From: a virus
Direction: 5' to 3' (one strand)
Length of the DNA stretch: 64,000 nt
Virus record (IMG/VR): IMGVR_UViG_3300031920_000359
Below are positions 1-11,322 of this stretch, piece by piece (within the stretch, counting starts at the first letter, position 1; every line of letters starts with the position of its first letter). Below the pieces are notes generated by a model. The model made no database searches and had not been told where the DNA came from. It was given only the letters and a program-made list of their open reading frames with translations. A program made the position numbers and the translations under genes.

Positions 1-28
1 AAAAAGGTTATTAAATAGGTGATATGAA

Positions 29-3000
29 ATGAGTGATAAAATAAATACTATAATGAATGATTCAAAAATATTAGATTTTCAATTAAAGTTTGTTAATATG
101 CTTGATAAGTATCCTTCTGATATGGATAATCTAAATGAAGCAGGATTTGAAGATCTAAATGATAAAATAGGAAGACATTGTTGTGAATGTATCTATTGTG
201 TTAAAATCGATGATGTAATATGTTTTGCACCATTTGGTTATTTGAGAAATACAATAAATAATAATTTAGATTGTTTTATAGAAAGTTGTTGTTTGAAAGA
301 AAAACAAAAGGAAGATTGGGGCAAGCCCATGTTTCCAGATAGGAAAGCGGCAGACGAATTCGTATTTGGATAGAAAGGTGATGTAAATGGATGCATTGAC
401 TGAAGAAGAGATGAATTGGGCAAAATCTTTTTGTGGAGCTGAGAAAAAGGTGTTTTGGCTTTGTATATATCAAATTGCTTTAAATAAACATAGATTACCT
501 TTTATGATGTTTATGAGTGATTAATAATGAGTGAAAAATCTTCTGTTTGGATAGAAAAATATAGACCGACAGAGCTTGAAGAAGTTCAGGGTAGGGAGGA
601 TATTGTTAAGCGATTAGAAGCATATATTAAAAGCGGAAATATGCCGCATATACTCTTTTCTGGTGGTCCTGGAACGGGTAAAACAACAGGGGCAGTTATA
701 CTTGGTATGAAATTGCTTGGTGATAATTTTGGTGATAATTTTACTGAAAAGAATGCATCTGATGAACGTGGCATAGATGTTATAAGAGGCCCAGTGGCAA
801 ATATTGCTGAAACTTTGGCTTTTGGTGATAATGATTTTAGAATCATTTTCCTTGATGAAGCTGATGCCCTAACTTCTGATGCTCAAAGTGCTCTCAGAAG
901 AACTATGGAAAAAAATACAGACAACTGTAGATTTATTTTGTCGTGTAATTATGTTTCAAAGATAATTCCTCCTATTCAATCAAGATGTGCAATATATAGA
1001 TTTGGTAGATTGAATGATGAAGCTGTTAGTAATATGATTAGATATATTGCTAAACATGAAAATCTAAGGATTGAAGATAATGCTATTGTTGCTCTTCTCT
1101 ATGTCGCTGAAGGAGACATGAGGAAAGCAATCAATACTCTGCAAGATGCTTCGCTTTCTGGTGAAATGATTACAGGAGAAAGCATATATCAGATAAGTGG
1201 ATATGCCCAACCTAAGTTCGTTGAAGATATGATTGAATTAGCATATAAAGGCAAGTTTTTGGAAAGTAAAAATAAACTTGATGTTCTTTTAATTGAGGAA
1301 GGTTTTAGTGGTGGAGACATAGTTTATCAAACATACAAACAGTTACTTAATATGGCTTTACCGGCTAAGCTAATGATAGAAATGGTAGGTATTGTTGGTG
1401 AGATTGACTTCAGAGTTAGTGAAGGAGCCAGCGATAAGATACAACTAGATGCTCTATTAGCTCATTTTGCTAAGATAGGAGATAGGTTTAAATGATTAAT
1501 ATATAGGGGTTGATAAATATGAGATATAGTATATATGGAATAAATTATGAAAAAGCTTGTGAATTGATGGTTGAATTAGACAGTTTTGGAATAGAATCTA
1601 ATATTACACAAGGAGGTATTTCTGTTTATCCATATGGGAATGTTGCGTTGGGTTTATTGGAAAGATTATGTATAAAATATGGAACAAGAGCATCACAAGG
1701 AGCAACACCTTTTGAGGAAGATATTATGTCTAAAAAAGATAGGATAAAAGAATTACCTTGTGAATAATAATGATAAACAGCATTAAATATAAAGGGCATC
1801 CTAAATCTGAAACTATTGAATGTGCTGATGATCGAAAGGACGCTGAATTGATAAAAGAATTATTTTATGAAATGTATGACATAATGGTAGGATTGGGTTA
1901 GGATGACTGATACAAAACTAATAACTAAAAAAGAGTTTGAAGATTTTCTTGAAATGCAAGATAGAATTAGAGAACTTGTTGAACTAAAAACTGCTGAATT
2001 GTCTATGATTTTATATGACAAATTACCAGAAGGTGAAATTTGTGGTGTAGATATAGAAGAATCAGAATTTGAATCTGAATGTATTTTCGTTGAATATGAT
2101 ATATATAGTTGTGGTGAAAGATATGCTGATCAATTTCAATTACCATTCGAGTTCTTGTATGATCTTAAATATCCTACTATATATAAACTTGAGCATGACG
2201 AAAAACTACAAAAAATAAAGAAACAAGAAGAGGAAATGAAACGAGAAGATGAAGAACGTGAGAAACGTGAATTTGAAGAAGCTGAAAGAAAAGAATATGA
2301 AAGATTGAAGTTGAAGTATGAATAAAATTATTAAACAAAAACCAATTTGGTTGTGGCAATGCAATTTGATGCAAATAAATGGTTGTATAATTTATTGCAA
2401 TCAATATGTAGAATCTACATCTTGGCGTAATTGTAAACATAGAAAAGTATTATGTAAAATAATTGAAAAAGAAATAGATATATATGATTAGTATAGGTGA
2501 TTGAAATGAAATTAACCCGTGTTGAATTAGATAATATCAGAAAGGCAAATGGGTTTCATAGTGATAATGAAGCATATAAATGGATTTTAGAAACTTTTCC
2601 TGAATCTGTATTTTATGATAATCTTGAAATAATGGAATTACGTAGTGATGTACAAAGTATGTTAGATTTAAAAATAAAAAGGAATGATTAAAAATATGAA
2701 TGTTAAATTTGAACTAAGTCAAATGTATAAACCGACTGGACTTTGTACAATATGTGGCCAACCATACGATGAAAGTTGGTATCAATCTATACATAAAAAA
2801 GATTGTGTAATGACATATAAGGGGAGTGATCACGGGCATAAACAATGTTTAATAGAATATAGAAAATATTATAATTATTATCATAGAAATGAAGAATAGT
2901 GTTTATAATAAAATTGTATAAAAGATAGAAAGGAGTGAATGATATGGCGACAATATGTAAGAAATGTGGTGGATTAATACCTGATGTTGTATTTGGACAC

Positions 3001-3060
3001 CAAAATAGAAATGATTGTAAAAATCACATTAAAAAAAAGAGCACGTTTAAACGACCGGAT
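29..3060 (+). other. Run of small hypothetical ORFs around rfcS (29-373, 1510-1767, 1903-2325, 2497-2691, 2684-2899 and several <60 aa)
   Basis: ORF track plus GGTGA RBS and overlapping stop/start codons; several are Cys-rich; no family recognised. Confidence 0.7.
527..1495 (+). CDS. rfcS: Replication factor C small subunit (clamp loader)
   Basis: WIEKYRP, Walker A GGPGTGKT, NASDERGIDV, LDEAD, SCNY..KII.PIQSRC, GDMRKAIN; euryarchaeal type. Confidence 0.95.
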   Translation: MSEKSSVWIEKYRPTELEEVQGREDIVKRLEAYIKSGNMPHILFSGGPGTGKTTGAVILGMKLLGDNFGDNFTEKNASDERGIDVIRGPVANIAETLAFGDNDFRIIFLDEADALTSDAQSALRRTMEKNTDNCRFILSCNYVSKIIPPIQSRCAIYRFGRLNDEAVSNMIRYIAKHENLRIEDNAIVALLYVAEGDMRKAINTLQDASLSGEMITGESIYQISGYAQPKFVEDMIELAYKGKFLESKNKLDVLLIEEGFSGGDIVYQTYKQLLNMALPAKLMIEMVGIVGEIDFRVSEGASDKIQLDALLAHFAKIGDRFK

Positions 3061-3089
3061 AGATATTTACTTTGAAGAGGTTTGTGGTT

Positions 3090-3590
3090 ATGATTAAAAA
3101 AATAATTTCTGGTGGACAATCGGGGGCGGACTTATTGGCAATTGGTTGGGCAAAAAGAAATGGTATTAAATGTGAACTTAATGTTGAAAAGAATTATACT
3201 CCATTAAATAATGGAATAATACCTTCTGAGATTCCAATACATGTCGTTTCTGGTAAACGAGGTTATAGTGGAGGATGGATTGAAAGACGGCAATATAATA
3301 TTAAACATAGTGACTTCACTTTGATATTTGTGGGAAAAAATATTTATGAAACAAGAGTCTCATTAGGAACTATGACTGATTGTAAAAAAATGGATAAACC
3401 ATTTTCGTATATTACATTAGATACTGTTGATTCAATAGATGTAGGAATTGTGATTGCTTTCTTTGATGAACATAACATTAAAGTTCTTAATATTGCTGGT
3501 GAAAGGTCGTTGAATAGTATTGAACGAGATAAGATGATTAGGTTTTTAAACATGGTTATTTTAGGTGCTGAAATTAATAATTTTGAGTGA
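3090..3590 (+). CDS. SLOG-superfamily protein (MoCo-carrier/YpsA-like nucleotide-binding)
   Basis: KIISGGQSGAD at the N-terminus, R..YNIKHSDFTLIF, VLNIAGER; ATG at 3090 preferred over TTG at 3072. Confidence 0.65.
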   Translation: MIKKIISGGQSGADLLAIGWAKRNGIKCELNVEKNYTPLNNGIIPSEIPIHVVSGKRGYSGGWIERRQYNIKHSDFTLIFVGKNIYETRVSLGTMTDCKKMDKPFSYITLDTVDSIDVGIVIAFFDEHNIKVLNIAGERSLNSIERDKMIRFLNMVILGAEINNFE

Positions 3591-3635
3591 TGAGTGATAT
3601 ACTTATTTAAATTTTTATAATTATATATAATAATA

Positions 3636-3652
3636 GCGAAGGTTTTATATAG
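3636..3652 (+). promoter_or_regulatory. Putative archaeal BRE/TATA promoter
   Basis: GCGAAGGTTTTATATAG in an intergenic gap; resembles sites at 20617, 26203 and 33079. Confidence 0.5.
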
Positions 3653-3680
3653 CTATAGGTAGTATTAAGGGTAAGAAACT

Positions 3681-3720
3681 AAGCAATACGATATACCAAT
3701 TTCCTTGTATCGTATTGCTT
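3681..3720. repeat. Perfect 13-bp inverted repeat (hairpin)
   Basis: AAGCAATACGATA (3681-3693) and TATCGTATTGCTT (3708-3720), 14-nt loop. Confidence 0.9.
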
Positions 3721-4341
3721 GTGGAGCAGATACCAATTTTGTTGTTTTATATGTTTATCTCCTAAACAATGAGTTCACAATAAAATTAGCTGTAATTCCA
3801 AAAAGATAATGAAAAATAAGTATTGAATTAGATGAAATGTCCGTTGTTTCAAAAAATATATCACCAATATATACACAGGCTTTCCTCCTGTACTGGTCAT
3901 GAGTGTAGTGCCATAAGCCATTCCGGACACATCCAATAATTTAATATTTATAAAAATTAATTTAACAGAAAAGGTGAGTAAATGATTTGTGAAGTATTTA
4001 ATGAAATGATGCGATTTGTAGATTATGTTTTTGGTGGCAATAATTCATATAGGTCAAAAATTGAGTTATGGGAAGTTGTATTGATGACAATACTGTTTTT
4101 AATATCTCTTCTTGTTATATCATGGTGGTTAATACCAATTCAATTGTTATTTAAAAAATATGGAAATATGACATTTTATTGTAATAGTAAAAAAGGTGAG
4201 TAGAAATGGTTAAAATAGGGTACACATCGAAAGGAATTGTTTTAATGGGTGAACAGCAAGTTAAAAAGGAAGATATTCCCAAACTAATTGAACAATTGCA
4301 AGAATCAATAGAAGTTTTAGATACGTTATATGACGATTGAC

Positions 4342-4465
4342 TAACGATTCTAAGCCTATTTAAGTCTACTAATTATAAGGTAAGGGTAGGAATAGGTTTA
4401 TACTAAAAAATAGCCTAAATAGTACCTTATTCTTACGATATAAGGCTTTTAAGGGCTTAATTAGG
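4342..4465 (+). repeat. Dispersed ~110-125 bp intergenic repeat, copy A
   Basis: TTTAAGTCTACTAATTATAAGGTAAGGGTAGGAATAGGTTTATA...TAGCCTAAATAGTACCTTATTCTTACGATATAAGGCTTTTAAG, shared with 15695 and 20926. Confidence 0.92.
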
Positions 4466-4504
4466 TAAAAGAAAATAAATAAGGCAATAAAAAAGGTGAT
4501 ATAA

Positions 4505-5876
4505 ATGGGTAAAAATCCAGTAAATGATTATGGTTTAAGCGTTAATGTTCCAAATGCACTAATAGAATGGCATAGGTGTAAAAGTGAAATTAATCAACTT
4601 GTGAAAATACAAGAAGAGCAAGCACGAATAATAGTGGCTGAAATAGATAGTGCGGAAAAAATGGGTTATGATAATAAAGATATTAGAACTTGTATCGGTA
4701 CTGTCACTATTTTTAGTGGTATTTCTTAAGTAAAAAGGTGTGATTAAAATGGGTAAGAAGAATATACATGAAACAAGAATTGGTGCTGAAATGGATGAAA
4801 ATAATGAAAATATAAATCCCGAAATTTTGAAGGAAATGATTGAAGAAGCCAAGAATATTGGTATAACCCCTTGGACTATTTTCTTGAAAGATATTGGTAT
4901 GGTTAAGGTGCTGGATATGACTGGTACAATAAATAGAGCTACAGGAGAACATAAATTATTAGTGCTTGATGATGAAGGTGGTATGTGGCAGATCAAAGAA
5001 GAGTTTATAATTGCACAAAGAAATAATATTATAAAACCCGAAGATTATGAACATTTTAATGAAATGAAGAGACAATCTGAAACAAATACTAAAGAATGGG
5101 AAGATCGTGAGAAAAAATTGGGATTAGATAGTGGTTTTATGTAAATATTGTTGAGGTTTTTATATGAGATTTTCTTTTAAATTTTTTAATTATGAGACTG
5201 GATTTTTTTTGAAAAGGAGATTCAGTTTTAAGGATTTATTTACAAAGGCTAAATCTGATGAAAATTTGGATATTTTGCTTTCGAGTGAAGAAAAAAGTAA
5301 ATGGAAATTAGAATTTGATATTGAAAAAAGAATTCAGGCTATAACTGGTTATAACTTTGAAACAAAAACTTTAGAAGAAGCAGGAACATGTTTATTGAAA
5401 TGGTTATTTAGAGATGTACATACAAATGTTTTACATAATCGAAAGTATTTTGATGCCGTTATGGATGTACCTCTAGAAAACACAGAAAATTGGCGTGAAA
5501 TTTTAGTAAGAAATGATGCAACTGATAAACAAATACAAGTATTTAATACTTGTTGTGGTAATAAACTACAATTTATTATGGAAGAAATATCTACGAAAGA
5601 TTATGAATTATTTGTTCGTGTAATGCATCACTATAAAAAAGATAGTGAATTTAATATATTAATAAAATCAATAGGTGATTTATAATGATTCGTGTGGATG
5701 CAAAAGCAGGAATGGCTTTATTAATTATTTTAAATGTTGATCCTATTTGTAAATTTTGTGGTGTTGAAATAACAGAAGAAAACTTTGGTGGGGCTTTTGG
5801 TAATCCGATTATAGCTTTTTGTAATAGTTTACCTTGCACATTAGAATTTAGTAATGAAGAATATGAGGAAAGGTGA
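4505..5876 (+). other. Four hypothetical ORFs (4505-4729, 4740-5144, 5164-5685, 5685-5876)
   Basis: ORF track, RBS, tight packing; no family recognised. Confidence 0.7.
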
Positions 5877-6034
5877 TTGAAATGTCATGCAAATTTAGTG
5901 AAGTTGATGGAACATGTCAGCTATATGATCCTGGACATGAAAATTTTGGTTGGAAAGATAAAGGTAAGTGCATTTGCGAAGACGATGAAGATCCAGGAAA
6001 TATGTGTGAAGAATACGAAGAAAGGTAATTTAAA

Positions 6035-6451
6035 ATGACTTTAAAACAAGTGTTTATTGTGAATAAAGATTTGAAGATGGGTAAAGGTAAGATAGCCGTT
6101 CAAGTAGCCCATGGTGAAACGTTATATATGAGTGAAATTGGTGCATGCAAATGTGTAGCAATGGTGCATGACTTAGAAGATAAAGAACATCAAATGAAAG
6201 ACAATTTTAAGGAATGGACAAAAGATGGTCTAATGAAGAAAGTTGTTCTAAAAGCAACACAAGATGAAATGTTAATGATAATAGGTGCATTAAAAGCAAT
6301 GAAAAATATAGAAGCTGATGATATATGGTTTGATGTTGTTTTTGATAGGGGTTTGACACAAATACCAGCTGACAGTATGACATGTATCGTTTTTGAACCT
6401 TTAGATGAAGCCGAAGCAGATGCTAGATTTGGATATTTAAAATTGTTGTGA
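6035..6451 (+). CDS. pth2: Peptidyl-tRNA hydrolase, Pth2 type
   Basis: KQVFIVNKDLKMGKGKIAVQVAH, KKVVLK, DRGLTQIP, C-terminal LKLL. Confidence 0.9.
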   Translation: MTLKQVFIVNKDLKMGKGKIAVQVAHGETLYMSEIGACKCVAMVHDLEDKEHQMKDNFKEWTKDGLMKKVVLKATQDEMLMIIGALKAMKNIEADDIWFDVVFDRGLTQIPADSMTCIVFEPLDEAEADARFGYLKLL

Positions 6452-7935
6452 ATGGTGATATCTTGTTGAAATTATGCTATCTTGATGTGTCTGGTAGAAA
6501 CGGAAAGTTTCTTTTTCCAAATATAGATAGTAAAACTTTGAATGAAATTCTAAGTTATAAAGAGTGGACATTTTTTGACTCTTGGTCAGATTCTAGTACA
6601 AAAATCAGTTATCTTACTTTTACTAATACGGATAAAGGTGTCTTGGTTACAACAAAAGATGGTGTTGGCTTTGTTTCAGTTCTGTTAAATCACCTCAAAA
6701 AATTGGGATTTACTGTTTTAAATATGAATGGTAAACCTTTTAACCAGTACGAAAACTGTATAAAAGTTAAATTCCCTATGTTTAAATTTGCTATGCGAAA
6801 TTATCAAAGTAATTGTTGTTTGAAATGGTTGAGAGACGGAATGGGCATAATCAAAGCTCCAACTGGATCAGGTAAAACTATTATGGCTTCATATTTAATG
6901 AAAAACATAGGTTATAAAACATTAATATTGGTGCATACTTTAGATTTGGTTAATATGTGGAAACATAGTTTTGATAAAACATTTGGCTTGTCTTTTGGTA
7001 CTACTATAGGAATCTTTGGAGGAGGTAAAGATATATCTCATGCTATTAATAAAAATATCGTTATTGGAACATACCAATCAGCTTTGAAAGAAGAAAACAT
7101 GAATAAATTGATAGGTGCTGGTTTTGGCTTTGCCTGTTTGGACGAAGTTCACCATATTGCTTGTGACACATTTAAACTTGTTGTGAATGAATTATTTGTT
7201 CCCTGTAAACTTGGTTTGTCTGCTACACCTAGACGCTTGGATGGAAAAGACAATGAAATATTTGCCCTTGTGGATAGTGTGAAAGCTAGTGTTTCGATTC
7301 ATTCATTGATTACTGATAAATTTGTTGTAAGACCTGATTTTTACAATATATCTTGGTTTGACACAGATATACTACGTGAAGTTGATAAAGAAAAAAAAGG
7401 ATTAGCCAAATCACGTAAATTAAAACAACTTTCGTCTTTTTCACCTAAAAAATATGCACTTCTTCTGAAGTTGGTCGAAAAATTTAGACAAGAAAATAAA
7501 ACATTTTTAATCTTTGCCGATTATGTAAAAGCAGCCGAAGCTATTGAATTTGTAATTAATAAATTTATTACAATAAATGATAAAAATTTTAAGATCAAAA
7601 GAGTACAACAAAAAATGTCGTCTGACAAACGATCAGCTGTTTTCAATAAAGTAGGTAAAAAACATAGTGACTACAATGGACTGGTATTCGCAAAACTTGG
7701 TTCGGAAGGCATTGACATTTCAGCTGTCGATTGCATAATAAATTTATCTCCATCTAAATCTCCTGTTACTTTTGCTCAACGAACAGGACGAGCTATGCGA
7801 ATTGCTAAATACAAAGATCACTGCGAAGTATATCAGTTTATGCTCAAAGGTTCAATGGAAGAAGGTTGGGCAGATTTTAGCTTTGACGAATTTAGACAAG
7901 AAAATTTTGTTGCTAAGAATTATGTAATTAGATAG
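6448..7935 (+). CDS. Superfamily 2 helicase (XPB/UvsW-like)
   Basis: APTGSGKT, DEVHH, LSATP, GIDI, QRTGRAMR. Confidence 0.9.
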   Translation: MNGDILLKLCYLDVSGRNGKFLFPNIDSKTLNEILSYKEWTFFDSWSDSSTKISYLTFTNTDKGVLVTTKDGVGFVSVLLNHLKKLGFTVLNMNGKPFNQYENCIKVKFPMFKFAMRNYQSNCCLKWLRDGMGIIKAPTGSGKTIMASYLMKNIGYKTLILVHTLDLVNMWKHSFDKTFGLSFGTTIGIFGGGKDISHAINKNIVIGTYQSALKEENMNKLIGAGFGFACLDEVHHIACDTFKLVVNELFVPCKLGLSATPRRLDGKDNEIFALVDSVKASVSIHSLITDKFVVRPDFYNISWFDTDILREVDKEKKGLAKSRKLKQLSSFSPKKYALLLKLVEKFRQENKTFLIFADYVKAAEAIEFVINKFITINDKNFKIKRVQQKMSSDKRSAVFNKVGKKHSDYNGLVFAKLGSEGIDISAVDCIINLSPSKSPVTFAQRTGRAMRIAKYKDHCEVYQFMLKGSMEEGWADFSFDEFRQENFVAKNYVIR

Positions 7936-8560
7936 GTGCTTGAAATGAAACTGATAAAAAAATCTGAGTTGGAAATACAAAATGATAGTTCTTATAAAAC
8001 AATTATGTTTGATAAACCAGAACATTTTACGCAAGAACAGAATGTGAAAATTATATACAATAAAAAAGAAAATGATGAAACAAAAATTGTTGTTTCAGTT
8101 TGTCGATAATAAAATAGGTGATTGAAAATGGGACTTAAACGTATCAGTAAAATTAATAATAAAAATGGTGATGTAAGAATAACGTATAAATGTACACATT
8201 GTTACAGAACGATATTTACAACACCACCTATTAAAAAAGGTGAATCTTTTGAATTTGATCGTATCACTATACCAAATCATTGTGTCTGTGGAGAAAAACT
8301 TATAGGCGAAATTAAAACAGTTGGACTACTTATTGATGAAATAGAAACTATTATATATGATTGGTAATTAAAAATGAATATTGATGTAAATGAACAATTT
8401 GAATGTGTTGGTATAAACGATCTATATTGTTCTGCTGTAGGATGTATACGTTATTTTCCAAAGGAAAAAGAATTTATGTTGTGCCCTGATTTAAAATTAA
8501 AAGATGAGTATGCTATATTTAAGATGTGATTAGATGCAAATGATTTAAAAATAAGGTGAA

Positions 8561-9007
8561 TTGAAAATGAATGATAAAAATGATAAACTAAATGATATTA
8601 TACAAAAATACTCTGATGTTTATAAAGACAAGGAAATAAAATTTGATAAAATAAATATATTTTTACCAAATTTTATTTGTGATATTGTAAATGAAGGATT
8701 TAATGGTGTTGATCAGGTCAGAATGAGTAAAGGAATATTTATTACTTCAATTGTAGACGATTATTTTGAATATATACAACAGTTATATAATATTAATCCT
8801 TCATTATACGAAGAAGAACGATTAAAATATGTTAGACAACAGTTAGGTATTACAATTATTCCTGAAACTAATGATAAAATTGATGAAATCAAAAAACTAA
8901 TTGGCACTAGTGATAGAGTCGGTGTTGTCAAAAATGCTATAGAACATTATATTAAAACAAAGGATGATATTGTATTATATGAAGATATATTGATGGATGA
9001 TGATTGA
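8561..9007 (+). CDS. Possible tandem ribbon-helix-helix DNA-binding protein
   Basis: Two strand-helix-helix-like segments (KINIFLPNFICDIV...; GITIIPETNDKIDEIKK...VVKNAIEHYI). Confidence 0.35.
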   Translation: MKMNDKNDKLNDIIQKYSDVYKDKEIKFDKINIFLPNFICDIVNEGFNGVDQVRMSKGIFITSIVDDYFEYIQQLYNINPSLYEEERLKYVRQQLGITIIPETNDKIDEIKKLIGTSDRVGVVKNAIEHYIKTKDDIVLYEDILMDDD

Positions 9008-9350
9008 AATGTATGAATTACCAATAATGATATGGTTTAGAAAAAAACTTGGTTTTTTAAAATCAGATGAAATTACAGCAGACAAGGCTGAAACTATGTT
9101 GAAAAAAGAGATAGAGTTACAAGACTGGAAAGATGAAGTTAGTGGTATGTATCTTAAAAATCGTGGTAGTAGATTAAATGAATCACCATTTACGACATAT
9201 TTTTTAGAATATTGCCAATTTTGTACTAATTTTATGCCAAGTAAGTGTTTTACACAAAGTGGTAATATTTATACAGAAGATATTGATAGGTGCACAAAAC
9301 TTAGATTACGAATTAAGTTACTGAAAGAAGCTGAATTAATTGATGGATGA
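8997..9350 (+). CDS. Hypothetical protein, paralog of 9347-9571
   Basis: N-terminal ~48 aa (MMIEMYELPIM.WFRKKLG.LKSDE) nearly identical to the next ORF. Confidence 0.75.
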   Translation: MMIEMYELPIMIWFRKKLGFLKSDEITADKAETMLKKEIELQDWKDEVSGMYLKNRGSRLNESPFTTYFLEYCQFCTNFMPSKCFTQSGNIYTEDIDRCTKLRLRIKLLKEAELIDG

Positions 9351-9571
9351 TGATTGAAATGTATGAATTACCAATAATGACTTGGTTTAGAAAAAAACTT
9401 GGTTATTTAAAATCTGATGAACTTGTTGCTAGGAAAGCTGAAAATATATTGAAAAAAGAGACAGCATTACAAGATTGGAATGAAGAACTATTTCAATTAG
9501 ATAGGTCAGATATTGCACATCCTGGTTTGAGTGCTTTATATGAAATACTAAGTGCTGAAAGGAGAAAATAA
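9347..9571 (+). CDS. Hypothetical protein, paralog of 8997-9350
   Basis: Same N-terminus, unrelated C-terminus. Confidence 0.75.
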   Translation: MMIEMYELPIMTWFRKKLGYLKSDELVARKAENILKKETALQDWNEELFQLDRSDIAHPGLSALYEILSAERRK

Positions 9572-10068
9572 TATGATAGTTAAAAATAGATATAGTAGAT
9601 TTGATAATAATATGTTTGGTATTGATTTAATACCAGAAGTAGATGAAGATCTTGAAATAACTAAACGATTTTATGATGGTGGCATATTTTTACTTGGTTA
9701 TTCATCAAGTGGCACATTAACTTTATCCTTTACAGATTTGATCGATAAACCTTTAAAGCCAAAAATGCAGGTAAAACCTACTGTACCACCAATACCTATT
9801 GTATCTGTTACTACAAGCAAATTAAATCAATCAGATATTGACTTGATAGAAGAGATAATTGATGAAATCGAAAATATTTCTTTGTTAAAAGACATACGAT
9901 GTAGTGACGAAGTTAGTAAAGCGGTAGAAAACCATTTCATTGGTAGACTTATACGTAGATATTCACAGTAACCCCGACTGTAGTAGTTGGTTTACATTGT
10001 AAGTAGAAGCAATTAAAATATTCTACAATACGAAACGAAACTAAACGAATATTAAGAGATGAATAAAT

Positions 10069-11253
10069 ATGGCTAAAACAAAGAAAGCAAATGTGAAAGA
10101 CAACGATGTTGTCTATTTAGAAGGTATTGATAATAGTGAAGTTGAAGCTAAGCTTCAGGAGATATTAGATAATGTAGATTCTGAGATGGAACTTGAAGAT
10201 GCTATCAATTTGTTTGTTAAGAAGGCTAACAGCAAGTATGCAAACGATAGGATAGATACTTCTGAAAAGAGAGCAACATATGCCTTTGGTTTTATTAAAA
10301 CTAAAGTCAAATCAAAGAGGACATTTTCTTCTAAACCAACTATGCCTATTTCTTGTGTCATGCGAAGTGTCAATAGTATAAAAAATAATTATACTAATGT
10401 AACTGAAGCAACAAGAGATATGACAAGCAATGATGACAAGATAGGTATTGCTGGTCCATGGAGAAGATGCGTTGATTGTGGAGCGAGATATGATACAGCC
10501 AGTGAACAATATAAAGGTAAGTGTCACAAATGTGATAGTACGAATAGTGTTACTATGGCTAATCAGGCTGCACCAATTGGTACAAAAGGCATAGTAAATA
10601 GACAGGAAATGAAGGCTGGTGATATTTCAGGATTTAATAAAACGAGAACTACTATATTCGTATATGATTCTGATTCAGAAGAAATGGAAGAAGCTTTCCT
10701 AAGTTTTTCAGGTACACAGCAAGGTCTTTTGAGTAAAGTACAATTAGGTACACCTTTTGATATAAATGTTCAATCAGAAAACATTTATGTTAATGATGTA
10801 ACTAATATTACCTCATATGAAACTACTGGTACATCAAAAATAACGGAATGTTCTATTGAAGACTTCCCTGATATACTCAAGATCTATGATGAAATGGAAC
10901 TAATGAGTTCTGTTGAAGATCTAAATAGTGGTGACTATGCAACATTGTTCCTAGAAGTGGTTGAAGAAGCAAAGCAACCTAAGGAAGGAGGCCGATGGCT
11001 AGTTCAATTTATGGAACCGAATGAAGATCCTGACGTTGAACCTACTTTGTTAGGTGCATACTTTGATGACGAGGACATTGCAAAACAGTTTAGCGAAAAC
11101 GATCACGGTGTCGTCGAGTGTCGGTATTCAGAGAGCGAAGTAACCGTTGGAGGAGAAACAGAGATAAGTACAATAATTAATATTGATGTCGATGTCTGTG
11201 GTCTTCCAGTATTTATACTTGGAGATGATGGTACAAAGTTACTGAGTGCATAG
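10069..11253 (+). CDS. Acidic protein with central Zn finger; possible RPA-like ssDNA-binding protein
   Basis: CVDC...CHKC motif flanked by beta-rich segments; followed by a hairpin terminator; OB-fold assignment is inference. Confidence 0.4.
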   Translation: MAKTKKANVKDNDVVYLEGIDNSEVEAKLQEILDNVDSEMELEDAINLFVKKANSKYANDRIDTSEKRATYAFGFIKTKVKSKRTFSSKPTMPISCVMRSVNSIKNNYTNVTEATRDMTSNDDKIGIAGPWRRCVDCGARYDTASEQYKGKCHKCDSTNSVTMANQAAPIGTKGIVNRQEMKAGDISGFNKTRTTIFVYDSDSEEMEEAFLSFSGTQQGLLSKVQLGTPFDINVQSENIYVNDVTNITSYETTGTSKITECSIEDFPDILKIYDEMELMSSVEDLNSGDYATLFLEVVEEAKQPKEGGRWLVQFMEPNEDPDVEPTLLGAYFDDEDIAKQFSENDHGVVECRYSESEVTVGGETEISTIINIDVDVCGLPVFILGDDGTKLLSA

Positions 11254-11259
11254 AGTTTG

Positions 11260-11290
11260 CATAGGGCATTAGCCCTATGTTTTAATTTTT
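11260..11290 (+). terminator. Hairpin plus T-tract terminator
   Basis: CATAGGGC-atta-GCCCTATG followed by TTTTAATTTTTT. Confidence 0.75.
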
Positions 11291-11322
11291 TGACAATAAA
11301 ATGAATTTAGGTTATGATTTAA

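Noticed and set aside
3860-3935. GC-richer patch resembling a tRNA or riboswitch
   Set aside because: No cloverleaf or TTC loop; only a 5-bp stem (ACAGG/CCTGT) found
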